64,000 nucleotides of DNA, from assembly GCF_006345805.1 (NCBI RefSeq), contig NC_042998.1, positions 77,934,001 to 77,998,000 of the forward strand, in the 5' to 3' direction. This DNA is from Octopus sinensis. Its lineage: Eukaryota. The notes under the pieces are model-generated. The model made no database searches, was not told where the DNA came from, and saw nothing but the letters and a program-made list of their open reading frames with translations. Each line of letters begins with the position of its first letter. The first letter of the stretch is position 1. Below, one piece after another: positions 13,213 to 27,369 of this stretch. Position numbers and translations under genes: made by a program.

Positions 13213-13476
13213 CATTATTCAGTTTTATTTCAAGATTTCAAGCCAATAGAGAAAGTGCCGGTTTCCTACATAGATCCAAGGCTCCTTCATTGGAATTTCA
13301 ACATCAACAACGGGATATTTTTGTTTGTATGTATGTATGTATGTATGTATGTATGTATGTATGTATGTATGTATGTATGTATGTCATTATTCAGTTTGTT
13401 TAAATATTTCTTGCCAATGGAGAAAGAACAGGTTTCTAACCTAGAGCCAAAGTTCCTTCACTGAAATTTCAGCATC
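13213..13476 (+). repeat. Two diverged ~90-bp repeat units separated by (TATG)n
   Basis: cattattcagttt..gccaat.gagaaag...ggtttc..ac.taga.ccaa...tccttca.tg.aatttca.catc at ~13213 and ~13385. Confidence 0.8.
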
Positions 13477-13890
13477 TTTAATTTCTATTGCTGGAACGTA
13501 TAGCGATTTGCTTCTTTGCATACCATAAGCATCATAACATGACTGATGGTCTTCCATAAACCAGCTATCTTTGTCTCTGTCTTCAAAACCCATCGTGGTA
13601 CTTTCTTTGTTATTTCAGTGTTGTTTACTTTTTGAATATCATTCATGTACTGTTTTACAGTAGTAGCCAGCGCATATAGACAGGCGTTAATCTACCAGTA
13701 TGTGGGTTCATCACACTGTGTAAATGCTCATCATCAATTTCGTTATTAGCTTTTAATACCGTATCTGGTGGGTTTTTTTTTTATTTATTTTGGTAGAGAA
13801 TACTCTCTCCTCGAGAGAGTCCTTCAAAGCCAAAGTTATTTTTTATCGGAAAGTTTCAGTAAGGGCACATTTCACCGACATATAATCCTG

Positions 13891-13922
<32 letters not shown>

Positions 13923-16900
13923 AATAATCGTTGCGGTTGCGTCTGCTATTTACCATAGTCGTAGTACGGGGATAGTGGTCAGTTCTATTTATGTATTATG
14001 TATGTATGCATGTATGTATCTATATATGTATGTATGAATGAATGAATGAGTGAATTAATGAATGAATGAATGTATATATAAATGCAGATTTGCACGTTTA
14101 GTATTATGTCTTTCCATGCATATACTTGCATATCTAGACATGTTCATATATACTTATGTATGTATATATTTGTGTAAGAATGTACATGTGCATATGAGCG
14201 AGCATGTAAGTCTATATACTATTACTAAGAAAGTGGAGAAAAATTACGCAGCGTACGTAAATATGATCATTATATTCATTCGCCTAATGTCATCCGATGT
14301 CACTATTCAAATTTTCTATATTCGTACTTCCTGTTTAGTTGATAAGTGATGACGATAAATGATATGAAATTAAATTTAGCCTCGGAAAGCAACAATCACC
14401 ATTGGCTAACATAGACCATAAATTAAAGATGTAACCCAAAATAAATTTTTGCTGGATGTCTAGACGTAAATGAGAATCCATTGTTAAACGAAGCAGACAT
14501 TTAAAGTCAGGTACTGATGTTGTAAATATTAATTTTTATTGATAACGAGAGTTATTTAATGAGTCAAATATTACCGGGTAAGTACATTTGATTGCAGATA
14601 TAAAGTACAAAGCGTTAGTATATTTAGTTCAAATAATACACTTAATAAATTCACAATGAGCATGATAGAAAGGAAATGGCTTGAGCATTACAGAATGAAT
14701 TACGATAAATTACCTCAAAGTTAATGCGAGTGGCGTACTTACGATCAGGGGTTACTTATTTATAATCAAGTAACAGGACTGGAGTAGGATTTTCGTTATT
14801 GCAGCAAAAAATATATCTCAATATCTATTCTTGCGATTGATTGCTTTATTAGTAATAGGTTCCTTGAGATTTTCACGGGCGGAGCTACATTATGTTACAA
14901 GTGGATGTAATTTCTTTTTATTGTCAAACAGAACACTACGAGCGCAATCGTTTGAAGACTAAGTTCGTAAACACTTCGTTGATATTATCTCATAGGAGAT
15001 TTCGTGTTCATTGAATGAACAATGTGTAATTTAAATGATATGAAGTATATCATCATTTATTTATTAATGTTTAGTTTTTAAGTAGCTTGTGCAATAAGGC
15101 GTTTCTCTTCATCATTTTTATCCCACCCTGTAAAACAACAAAGCACGTAAATCTTAGACCGACCACCACGGAGTTCCGCTTAGGAAATAGCAAATAAGAT
15201 TCAAGTGAGTCATAGAGGTAGCAATTTCAAATTTTGTGTTGCGTAATTAACATTACATGGCTAACATTATAGAACCGAGCTTCAGGCACTTAATCTTAAT
15301 ATAATGGGAATGTGCCCGGGACAGGGAGGTTTTTTTGAAGTCTGTAATTCTAATTTTCTTATATGCAAACAAGAAAATATTTCTTTACTGCTCTTCTAAA
15401 TATTGGCTTGCAGAGAAAGTAAATTAAGTTTCTCACCGGCACACAAGTTACAAGCATTAACGTAACTGTTTTAAACTTGCAACGTCGGGGCTCGTAATGT
15501 TGTGTCCTGAACTGTTCTTTTGATAACAAACGTTTTTTACCAATAAGCAAGCATTTGTCTTTGATCGTAACTCTAAATGAATATGTGCATTGTGCACATT
15601 AGATTTTGAATGGAGTTTCTTTTTATTATCATATATAAGATATTTCCGTGCAATTTAAACACCTATGTAACTTCCTTGCATAACAAATTCGGTTTGAAAC
15701 GAAGACATGCTCTTAAAATAGTTTTGAATAGTTTTGATTTTGCCAGAATCAAACCTTATGGCAACATAAGACTGAATAACGCAAATACAGCTTTCAGAAT
15801 ACGTTAAAAGGGACATCCGCTGTTGTTTTAAAATTCTTACATGCAGATACAATCAACAAATCGAACGAGTTAGCAAAAGTCATATGGTAAATTATTATTC
15901 TGGAATGCTCAAGCCATTCCCTTTCCATTATGTTCATTGTTAAATCTATTATGTGTATTACTTGAACTAAATATACTAACACTTTATACCTTATATCTGC
16001 AATCAAATGTACTTACCCGGTAATAATTGACTCATTTAATAACTCACATTATCAATAAAAATTAATATTTTCAACATCAGAACCTTCTGTCTGCTTCATT
16101 TAGCAATGGATTTTCATTTGCGTCTAGACATCCAGCAACATTTTATGCTGAGTTACGTTTTTAATTTGTGTAAACAATTTATGGCCTCTGTTAGCCAATG
16201 GTGATTATTGCTTTCCGAGGCTAGATTTAATTTCATAGCATTTATCGTCGTAACAGCGAATATGTTGTAAGCGTATGTGTGTGTGTTCCTCTGTGTGTAT
16301 GTGTGTTGTGTGTGTGTGTGTGTGTGTATGTGTGTGTGCGTGTGTGTGTGTGTTTGTGTGTGTGTGTGCGTGCGTGTGTGTGTTAGTGTGTGTATGGTAC
16401 TGCCTGAAGAAGCACGCGCACTGCAAATGCAGCCAAGGAAAAGATTCTAATTCATAATTATTAAGAGTAATCTTAAGTAATATCATATGTATATGGAGAA
16501 TTGTTACCTAATAATCTTGTAGGGGTGTAGAAACATATTGTTTATGCATTAATATAGCCTATGAATTTCCATCTGCATGTTATTATTGTTATTAAAGATG
16601 TTATGAAAGATTTTTCCTGTGTGTACACATTTGTTTGGATTACCCTGGGAGATGGAATAAAGAGGTGATAGCCGACATCAAATAGCATAGGAACTTACAA
16701 CAAAGCTTCACTATTACATGTCACAGCTTAACACCTTTTTCCGCGGGGTCTTTAACAGCAATTATGTTATATATACTTGGAAATTTGATAACCACTCGTA
16801 GGTCATAAATTTGCAACCAAAACAAAAAATATACAGAAATACTGCGCTGTAATACCTGCCTAGTTTTAATTATAGTAATACAGTTATTGTTCACTTAATG

Positions 16901-18300
16901 AACAACGCCTCCTGCCTGCACACGTTCCATTTACAGACCGGTTGATCGATTCACAAAGTATTTCGACAACTGAATCATATTTAACAAAACTCGAAAATCC
17001 TATATGAGAAATTGAGCCATTTTATTGCATTCTATTTCTTTACATAATTTGCACACACCGTTGTAAACAGGAACGAATCTTGTCATCTAAGTTATCCACG
17101 TTTTGCTATTTTAATAAGTGGATGAGTTATTTGCGGAAAGTGATGCAGAGAAACAACTCATCGTAGGTTGTTCCTTTCGTTGTCATTTATCTTCAGTACG
17201 ATCCATTGCGAGTAACCGTGATCCATCATTATTTGTGTTTTTCATAGATTTATTGTTACATTTCTCGTTTCAGACGATACAGGACAATATAATATAACAT
17301 ACCCATCCCTTCTGAATTGGTAGGGATATATTCAAATTTTGTTGTTGTTTTGCTTGTTTGTTTGTTTGTTTTTTTGTCTTGAGGAATGTTCATCGGAGAG
17401 AGTCATACCAATAAGAGATGTAAGAATCAGGGGTAAAATACATTTCCCTAAACATCGGAGGATGTTTTCACTTTAATATGATATTGTATATAGATTTGTG
17501 CTTCTGTGGTTTTAACTGATATTTATAATTCAACATTCAGAATTATGTTTAATAAATGGATTAAGCTCGGGTTTAAAATGATAATGGAATTTACAAAATC
17601 ATTTTCATTAAGTTCTTATTATTGCTGTCGTTATTATTAGAATTATTATTTAAAATGTTTAAAAATTTGTTTTTAATTTTATGCCTTGTAAATATTCTCG
17701 GAAAGCCTACTCGTTGAATTATGTAAAAGGCTCTTCATTACTACTTGAATATCCGGCTTGGGGATACTAGAAAATGGATATATTTTGTTCGTGGAATTTA
17801 TTATTGCCTGTTAATTCTGATGACTCGATTATTTCTATCAATATTGGACATGGGTTGGTGGGGTTAAAAGCTGCGTATTTATCCGGATGTTGTGTTCACT
17901 ATGCTATTTTGTTTTCACATTGTTTGTTTCAAATTTTATCATTCTTATCACGACCATCATTGCCATTATCACCATCAATATTATTATCATTATTATTACT
18001 ATTAAACTAATACGTTAAACATGAAGATTCGACTATCTGTGTTTATTTGCATTTCTTTATTTTCTTCAATTTGAAAACACTAAGGTTAACTCACTAATGG
18101 TTTCTTCATATTTTAAGAGTAATGTAATTAAAAGGTTAAATGGAGAACTAGACAGTATAAGAAGATATTTAAAAGTGTATAAATATATAACAGCAGATGT
18201 GCTTTGGTGTAGTTATGCATATATGCACACATACATATATAGATGCATGCATATATATCTATGTATATTGAGAGATATAGAAAGATACACTCACGTATTC

Positions 18301-18333
<33 letters not shown>

Positions 18334-18334
18334 C

Positions 18335-18423
<89 letters not shown>

Positions 18424-18566
18424 ATAAATCAAAATGATGTGGCACCTTTATGAAAGAAATTATCTGTATTTGTGGAAACTACCCTTAAAATTTATGCTCT
18501 TACTAAAGCGCTGATTATCAAGCGTGTAATTAGAAGGAGTTCTCCACTTACATAGCTTAAGGGAGT

Positions 18567-18598
18567 CACCCATATTACGAGCAATCGTAATATGGGTG
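18567..18598 (+). other. Perfect 14-bp hairpin with GCAA (GNRA) tetraloop
   Basis: cacccatattacga-gcaa-tcgtaatatgggtg. Confidence 0.9.
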
Positions 18599-20687
18599 GT
18601 CCACTGAACTACCGCAAAGGAGCTTTGTATGTTCTTTTTGTGGGTATCTATTTGTCTAAGTATATAGCTTCCTGTTATTCATAGAAGCTAAATTTGCCAC
18701 CAATTTCGGTGTTATTGCGTATGATACTTTTACTGTGTTTTTGTTAAATATCTCGTGGTATCTATGTGTAAGTAAAAAGAATTTAGCTAGAACCTGGAGT
18801 AACGACCAGGTGTATCCGTAGCTTAGTTGAACATGAAATGTGGATTGAACTATATATATTTTCCTCTTATGTACCCTATTGCTACGCGCTCTGCATAGAA
18901 GATATACATTTCTTGGTCACTAGGTGTAGTAACCAAATCGCGGAACGCAAAGAAATATGACGGAGTACTCATGAAGTACGCGAAGAAGGGAAGACTATAC
19001 AGCAATTGATTACTACAAGTAATTTATATGTAAGAAATTAAATAAGGGATGCAAAAGTTCCCCAAATTCTACTTTGGGAAATGTAAACATTTAAGGACAT
19101 AAAATTGTTGAGGGCCTCGATATTCAAGAGAGAATGGAGCCATACCTACCAAAACAGTGAAATTCAAGATTGGCCTATCCTTGGTAACTATATACTTTGC
19201 TATATAACTCCATAATTCCTAGATATGGCATTAAACTATATCCAGGGGTAACAATCCAGTTTGAAAGTTCTGGAGTGTAGGGGAACGAGCAGTCACCCCT
19301 TATTTACCATTACACCCAGGCCCGTTCTAACACGGAAATGTAGTATCCGTAAGTGTCCCAACTATGGTTTAAATATATTCCCTAGTGATAAAGAGGACTC
19401 CCATTAGTTTTGAAAAAACAGAAGGCAGCTCCTCTAGGAGAAAGATGCTCTGACAAAACTTGCAGTCAAAATGTTACCAGCCATCATGCAATGCTTAACC
19501 CTGGAACGTACTATAGCAACCGAGAGAGTGGCAAAAACGTTGTACAAGTTTTGTCCCTTAAATCCAGTGACGGACCGATATCACATCATCATTTGTATTT
19601 GAGACGGTTATCATCTGACAAGATGAGTCAATCGTCATACACAAGCAGAGAGAAATATTAAGGACATATTTAATTTAATAAAACAGCGCTAATCCAGCGT
19701 TTCAGGAGTTTAAAGAAGTATGGAGTTACCATAAGGTCACAACTCCTTCTAATAGTCCCCTAATACTGAGAATTATTACTTGTCTGGTGCCCAGGTTATG
19801 AGGTAAATAACAAACGATGGATATAAAAGTTTGAGTTCCGGTCCATAGATCTATTTCACACTGACACATTAGTGTACATGTATTCGATGACGACTAGTGA
19901 ATTAGCTCCTGTATTTCATGGTAAAATAGGCTCTGTTTCGTGAAGGTGAGCTCTGAAGAGCAGATGACTAGTAGGGTGATGTATAAATTTGATGACAGAA
20001 GGCAATTAGGAAATGCAACAGAGTTTTATGATTCCCAAGAAAACTTGTGAATATTCAAACCTTAAGTTATGCATACAATGTCAAACGGATATGTTAAGGT
20101 TTGTGTCCCGCAAGAAGGCGTAGAAATCCATGTTCACCTACAACTGTAGAAATGGCAAACGAAGAGAGGGGAAATGCAGTAAATCTCGTTAATTTAGAAT
20201 GTTTCAAACCTTAATAACAAGTGCAACTACAGTAGCACACATTTCACACGAACCTGATTATTTATTTACAACACAACAGACGCAGCAGTACACATCTATG
20301 AAAATTTTAACTATAATCTAAAATTCTAAAGCTAGCAATACCAATCGACTCGCGCACAACCACATGCACATACACACATTCGCAAACATTTATTCACACT
20401 CTTCTAATCTTTAAGTTTACAGTTGTCAACATTTAACCTCAGTGCCAAATTTCCGTTTTATTATTATTTTCATGTTTCAATTGTATATTTTCTAATTACT
20501 AATTTCACGTTTTCTAAGATCTCTCTTAGAAAGAGAATGAGAGAGAGAGAGAAACATACACACATATGCATGCACACACGTTTAGAGAAACTCCGATCGT
20601 AGCTTTGAAGGATTATTTCAAATCTGACATTTATTTCCATTTCACGAAAATCAATAATTATAAAGCGACGTACATATACACATATAT

Positions 20688-20919
20688 CTCTTTCTCTTTC
20701 TCTTTTCTCTTTTACTTGTTTCAGTCATTTGACTGCGGCCATGCTGGAGCACCGCCTTTAGTCGAGAAAATCGACCCCGGGACTTATTCTTTGTAAGTCC
20801 AGTACTTATTCTATCGGTCTCTTTTGCCGAATCGCTAAGTGACGGGGACATAAACACACCAGCATCGGTTGTCAAGCAATGCTAGGGGGACAAACAAGAG
20901 ACACAAACACACACACACA

Positions 20920-20981
<62 letters not shown>

Positions 20982-21144
20982 CGACAGGCTTCTTTCAGTT
21001 TCCGTCTACCAAATCCACTCACAAGGCATTGGTCGGCCCGGGGCTATAGCAGAAGACACTCGCCCAAGATGCCACGCAGTGGGACTGAACCCGGAACCAT
21101 GTGGTTGGTTAGCAAGCTACTTACCGCACAGCCACTCCTGCGCC
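20688..21144 (-). mobile_element. SINE family A, full length (tRNA-like head, CORE-like segment, internal TA/CA microsatellite)
   Basis: Reverse complement of the 36980-37401 copy. Head ggcgcaggagtggctgtg.ggtaag..ggttccgggttcagtccc; gtggca.cttgggc.agtgtctt resembles the CORE (MIR-like) motif. Confidence 0.95.
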
Positions 21145-21580
21145 TACACAGGAAAATAATAAAGTTAAGAGAAAAATTATCCGTATGAAAAGAAAACACC
21201 AAATAAATCAAAGAAAACCATTGTTAACTCCGACTGAACAAATCTATACCAAATGACAATTACAAAAAAATAAATAAATAAATAAATAAATAAAATAATA
21301 CAAATTCAAATTCAATGAACAACTCGTTCGTTGAAACAGCTTGTAATTGGCTTAGTCATTTTGTATTTGATACCCATTTAGTGTTTATAATAAATTAGTG
21401 CTTGCTTTTGTGTTTGTTTTTATAAAGATCTCTACGAATATCATCTCATTACGCCAAAAAATTTCTGTCTCCTAGAGAATACAACATGAAGAGGAAATAG
21501 TCCCCTAAACTTTGGCATCATGGCTGGAAAAATCTTAGAATGCTATACTAGATGATTATACCTACATACATACACACATA

Positions 21581-21687
21581 CATACATACATGCATACATA
21601 CATACATAGAAACGTACATTCATACACACATGCATATATACATACACATAGACAGACAGACAGCCAGCCAGACAGACAGACAGACAT

Positions 21688-21764
<77 letters not shown>

Positions 21765-21793
21765 CAGATTGATAGATAGACAGATAGACAGAT
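21581..21793. repeat. (TACA)/(CAGA)/(GATA)n compound microsatellite
   Basis: Directly visible. Confidence 0.95.
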
Positions 21794-21809
21794 CTTATGA
21801 TAATTTTGC

Positions 21810-22360
21810 TTGTCATTGCCCGTCAGTAACTCTTTCGCGCAATTAGAGAAAAAGAGGGAGAAAGAAAAGAGGGAGAGAGAAAAAAGGGAGAAAGAAAAAG
21901 AGGGAGAGAGAAGCGTCCATGACGTGAGATTGAGGGAATGCAAATGTACCGCTTTCACGTGATTAGGTGAAGGGAAAGAAAGGAGAAAGAAAAAGGAGAG
22001 ATAAAAAGAGGATAAGGCGAAGAGTGAAACAGAAAGAACGTGAAAGAAAAAAGGGATAAAAAAGCGTCCATGATGTTAGGGGAACGTAATATTTATTACG
22101 TGATCAAAAATGTTTGGTGAGGGTAGAGGAAAAGAGTTAAAAATATAATTTTAGCAAAGGGGTGATGTTCTGATAGTGAAGTTAAAGAAAGGCGGAGAGA
22201 GAGAGAAAAAGAGAAGAAGAACAAGAGAGGGACAAGGAAGAAAGAGTGAAAGAGAGAGAGAGGAGGAAGAGAGAGATGCTGTTGCTGCTGGAGATGGGAG
22301 GAGGGTAGAGATGAAGTTGGCTCTAGTGGAGGTGAAGATCGGATAGTGACAAGTGTAATT
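21810..22360. repeat. Purine-rich repetitive element with internal repeats
   Basis: gcgtccatga(c/t)gt..gggaa..acgtgat appears at ~21913 and ~22064, with tandem agaaaaagagggag units; family unknown. Confidence 0.5.
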
Positions 22361-23581
22361 TTTAAAATTGAACTAAGTTTTTTTTATATCACCTATCAAA
22401 GCATGCGCATAAGTGCAATTCTGCGAAATATTGACACTTATTTACGCGGCAGATATATGCACTTGAACTAAAGGTTGTAGCATATGTACGGGATAATATT
22501 TATGTTGTTTGTTTCTGGGGAAAATGGGAAAATAAGAATGAATATTTTATTTTATGAGTTCTGTGTATTAAGTCTATTCAATTGTACATAAAGTCTATAA
22601 AATGTATATATAGAGTGCATCGTATTCCAATTTCTTTCAGTTTTCAATGAGCAACAGATGTTCGACTATCTTTCCGTACAGGTACAACGTAGACTATACT
22701 CTTAGGTTTTTTGGTTTGAGTTTTCAGAATTAACCCAATATTCACGGGTCTCACTGATACACAACACACACACGCACACACACATGCACACACATACACA
22801 CACATACACACTCATAATCTAAGATACGCAGTTGAGGTTATACATCCTAATAACATAAGTCAAGAGATATCAGGGTTTGTTGAGAGTAAGGGCTAAAGAC
22901 CTAATGAAACAAAAACGGCGATATATGACGAGGCGACACTAAAAATATTCCCAGTGTCGGAGATACGAAGAGAACATGTCGAAAACTAATTTTGCCCAAG
23001 AATATCAAAAAGAGCCCACCAAAAATATGAAGAAAAAGAAATAAAGAGGCGAGTAATTTTAGGCCAGAGCTCTTACAATAATTACAGTGGCGTTATGGAA
23101 TCAACAATTTAGCTCAAACAAAAACTATGAACAGTGCATATTACTAGCAGGCAGTAACATTTTACAAATGTTATCACTAACAGTAGAGACTGAGACAAAA
23201 CTGATACTACCTAAATGTAAATCGTAACAATTAATACCTGGTATATAATTAAATTTCCATTAAAGAAAAGAGGAGAGCTGTAGACACCTGTGAAGGTGAT
23301 TTCCATTCATGATATGTCAATTGGCCATGATTTTTGTAATTATCCTTCTCTATTCATTTACAGTTTCTCACATTTTCCGCCAGACAACTGTCCTACCTTC
23401 TCGAAAGAGGAAAAGGTAACTTCATTAAATCAACAATTCATGCTTTCTTGCATTTAATATAACCTTCGATGTTCTAAAACATGCATTCAGCCTGACTAAG
23501 CTATGTCTTCTTAGATAACTTTTTGCTTTATACATAAAACACTTTTCTACAAACGTCTGCATGTGTGTCTGTAGATCGATC

Positions 23582-23654
<73 letters not shown>

Positions 23655-23670
23655 ATAAATAAATAAATAA

Positions 23671-23701
<31 letters not shown>

Positions 23702-23702
23702 T

Positions 23703-23869
23703 GTTTCTTTATTAGCCACACAGGGCTGCACACAGATAGAACAAATTACAAGGTAGAGCTTTTCTTTTGAAGGTATTAAAAAAAAAAAAAAAAAAAAAAA
23801 AAGGAAGGGGGAGGTTCGATCAAAAGGGATCGTAAAAGGAGAGAAAGAGGATAAAAAAAAAGGGGGGTT

Positions 23870-23870
<1 letters not shown>
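23703..23870 (-). mobile_element. Tx1-like LINE 3' end embedded in (GATA)n, copy 1
   Basis: The minus-strand terminus tgtgcagccctgtgtggctaataaagaaac resembles the terminus of the Tx1-like LINE at 58286-58310; (AGAT)n lies on both sides. Confidence 0.7.
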
Positions 23871-23919
<49 letters not shown>

Positions 23920-23961
23920 CATACATAAGACAGATAAATAAATAGATAGATAGATAGATAT

Positions 23962-24212
23962 GTTTCTTTATTAGCCACACAGGGCTGCACACAGATAGAA
24001 CAAATTATAAGGTAGAGCTTTTCTTTTGAAGGTTTAAAAAAAAAAAGGAAGGGGGGAGTTTCGATCAAAAGGGATCGTAAAAGGAGAGAAAGAGGACAAA
24101 AAAAGGGGGGGTTCAAAAAAATTGATCAATAGGGAACGTTATCACAGAAATGTCAATATGAAGTGTAAAGGGGAGGACAGGTGAGGTTTACCCGTGGAAA
24201 GAAAAGCCTACG

Positions 24213-24213
<1 letters not shown>
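23962..24213 (-). mobile_element. Tx1-like LINE 3' end embedded in (GATA)n, copy 2
   Basis: Nearly identical to copy 1 but extends further 5'; (AGAT)n lies on both sides. Confidence 0.7.
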
Positions 24214-24308
<95 letters not shown>

Positions 24309-24637
24309 TATGATAGATAGATGGATAGATAGATAGATTGACTGATATATATATATATATATACATATATATGACACACTATAAATTGCCCTTTCATCGG
24401 TTTTAGTGTTAAAATGCCAAAAGTGCAATTAAAATGTAAGAAATCAAGTTGTTCTTAAGACGCATTTTTAAAGAGCTCTTACAACATTTTAACAGCATTT
24501 TTAAAAAAAAAATTCCTTCTCTTTGATTCTTTTGCTTTCCATTCTATTTTCGTCACAGTCATACAATGAATTTTCATCGTATCATCATCATCGCTTACAT
24601 CATCATAATTACTCGAAGACCAAACGTCATTTTACTC

Positions 24638-24960
24638 CATGGCTCAGTGGTTAGAGCGTCGGGCTCATAAACATGAGATAGCAAGTTCGATACTTGGACT
24701 GGGCTGTTTGTTGTGTTGTAGAGCAAGACACTTTAGGTCTCGTTGCTCTTGTACACTCAGCTCTAGAAATGATTTACGATGTCATTGGAATCAGCCCGTA
24801 TCGGCATTTACCTTTCTCTTGGATAAAATCAGCGGCATCGAGAGGGAAGGCTGATGTGCATGGGCGACTGCTGGTCTTTAATAAAACTGCCTCGGGGTGG
24901 GGTGTAACTTTATACGTGCAATGCCATGGTGCCATTCATGGCCAATGAGGTTCTTTAGAT
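24638..24960 (+). mobile_element. SINE family C-like, tRNA-derived
   Basis: A-box tggctcagtgg and B-box gttcgatac, followed by the gttgtgtt..gagcaagacact..ttgctct body shared with the 10520 and 61025 copies. Confidence 0.8.
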
Positions 24961-25101
24961 CTTGTGTGTGTGTGTGTGTGTGTGTGTATGTACGTACGTA
25001 CGTATGTATGTATGTATGTATGTATGTATGTACGTATGTATGTATGTATGTATGTATGTATGTATGTATGTATGTATGTATGTATGTATGTATGTGAGTG
25101 T

Positions 25102-25137
<36 letters not shown>

Positions 25138-26007
25138 TTATGAGTATAATTCCACGCTTCTGAAAATATATTTGACACAATACAGTTATAGTATGTACAT
25201 TTGTGCTAGATTTCGAGTAGATACACGAGGGATATGCTATTCTTATCTTAGAGCCGTATAAATTTTGACTAGGAGTACGAAGCTTTCCTGAGTGCTCAGT
25301 AGAAAGTATTGTTATGAATTTTGCCTTCGATGTTGTAGTTTTTTGATTCAATCCCCGTAGGTGTCATTTTGCTTATAAATGTTCATCTGTTGCTCCGGAG
25401 TAACAAATGACTTTTGATTAGAATAGAGAATCGAAAACGATGCAGAAGTACTTCGAGTGTGAGCGTGTATACACACCTACACAAACACAAACACACACAC
25501 ACACATACGTTCGCACACACACACACATATATATATATATACATATGTATATACATGTGGGGAGAGAGAGAGAGAGAGAGAGAGAGAGTGAGAGAAGTAG
25601 TAATACGGATAAATACGGTTAGCCTTGAGACATATACTTACATGGAGAACAAAGTACAGATTATGAAATAAAGAAAAAGAATTATGCTCAGTCTTATCGC
25701 GGCAGTTGTTTAAAGATGGCCACAAGTCACGTAACAACCATAAACATAATGAATATGCGGTATATGATGCCATATGTGTGCAAACTGCAACAAGACTACA
25801 TTGTTAAAGTCAGTTAGGCATTCCTTTTCAAGAGTAGAGCTGCAAATCCATTTGCCCAATAGGAATAGTTCTTGTAGCTAACTTTCGATGGCGAGGCCCT
25901 GGCGTCGAATGGAGAAGCTGGGGTTTAAGTTCACATCCATTTGAGCACTATTGTGTTTTATCTATACTGAGCTCATTTTGTATTTATCTACTTACTCTCT
26001 CTAACAC

Positions 26008-26046
<39 letters not shown>

Positions 26047-26048
26047 GG

Positions 26049-26371
26049 CCTTTATGTTGGTTAAAATATGTTTGTGACATATTTTAACGTCTAAAGGCAA
26101 AGTCGCTGTAGAGAAAAAACTTCTCTTATCGTAAAAGGTTTAAAAACTCCATATCTCTAGCGGATTTGAGGACGCGCTTTTCTGGCTTTCTAGCCTTACT
26201 CAATGGGAGATGCCAAAGAGAGATAAACCTGGGAAGATTCAACGCCAAAAAGCAATTCCCGTTAGGGAGAAGCACTGGGCAGATATGCTGTTTTAAATCC
26301 TTTTACCAAAAGAGAGAATTTGTCTCTAGAATTTAAAATATGTGACAAACATATTTTAAGTAACCTGAAGG
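26049..26371. mobile_element. MITE with ~110-bp imperfect TIRs
   Basis: Left ttaaaatatgtttgtgacatattttaa..tctaaaggcaaa..gtaaaagg..catatct is the reverse complement of the right arm. Ends CCTT..AAGG followed by tta are piggyBac-like (uncertain). Confidence 0.8.
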
Positions 26372-26376
26372 TTATA

Positions 26377-26540
26377 GGTGCAGGAGTGGCTGTGTGGTAA
26401 TAAACTTGCTTCCCAACAACGTGGCTCCCGGTTCAACCCCACTGCGCGTCACCTTAAGTAAATGTCATCTACTATAACCTCGGGCTGACCAAAGCCTTCT
26501 GAGTGGACTTGGTGGACGGAAGTTCAAAGAATCCCGTCGT
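26377..26540 (+). mobile_element. SINE family A, 5' half, ending in a ~200-bp (TA)n tract
   Basis: ggtgcaggagtggctgtgtggtaa..gaatcccgtcgt followed by (TA)n to 26738. Confidence 0.9.
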
Positions 26541-26575
26541 ATATATATATATATACACACACACATATATATATA

Positions 26576-26738
<163 letters not shown>

Positions 26739-27120
26739 GCGGCGTACGTACACTTTATTATATGTAAGTATACATTTCTCTAAACTTGGTACGACTCTAC
26801 AACACTGTCTTTCTCTCCCCTCTCCTACATTTCTGTGTCTTTCTTACTTTGCACTTCACTTTGTCCCTGTTTCTTTTACTCGCTCTCTCTCTCTTCTCCT
26901 CCTCCTTAATTCCTTGTTCCTCTTTTTTCTCTCTTCTCCCTTTCCTTAATTCCTCTGTCTCTCTTTTTCTCTCTCTTCTCTGGCCTTTTGGGTCTGGCAG
27001 CAGTCGTGGTAACATAAACATTTTTTTTTCTCTGCCCCAAGGCACATTCCTAACACGCCAGCTGAGTTTAATACGTCTCAGTGAACAGACGCTTGTTGTG
27101 ATGTCTTGTTATTGTTGTTG

Positions 27121-27185
<65 letters not shown>

Positions 27186-27186
<1 letters not shown>

Positions 27187-27255
27187 TATGCTTGACTTTT
27201 GCTTTATATTTGTACAAGTTGGCTCCAAGTCTCACCCAGAGACCTCAAGAGACAA

Positions 27256-27256
<1 letters not shown>
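27186..27256 (-). mobile_element. Short LINE 3'-end-like insert (Dong/R4-like?) inside an (ATT)n array
   Basis: A 70-bp unique insert with (ATT)n on both sides; the family assignment is inferred from the target type. Confidence 0.5.
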
Positions 27257-27290
<34 letters not shown>

Positions 27291-27369
27291 TATTATTATT
27301 ATTATTATTATTATTATCATCATTATTGTTGTTGTTGTTGTTGCTTTTACGTATTATTTTTGTATTCAT

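Noticed and set aside
24638-24712. tRNA gene (A/B boxes, CAT in loop)
   Set aside because: No acceptor stem or terminator; it continues into a SINE body.
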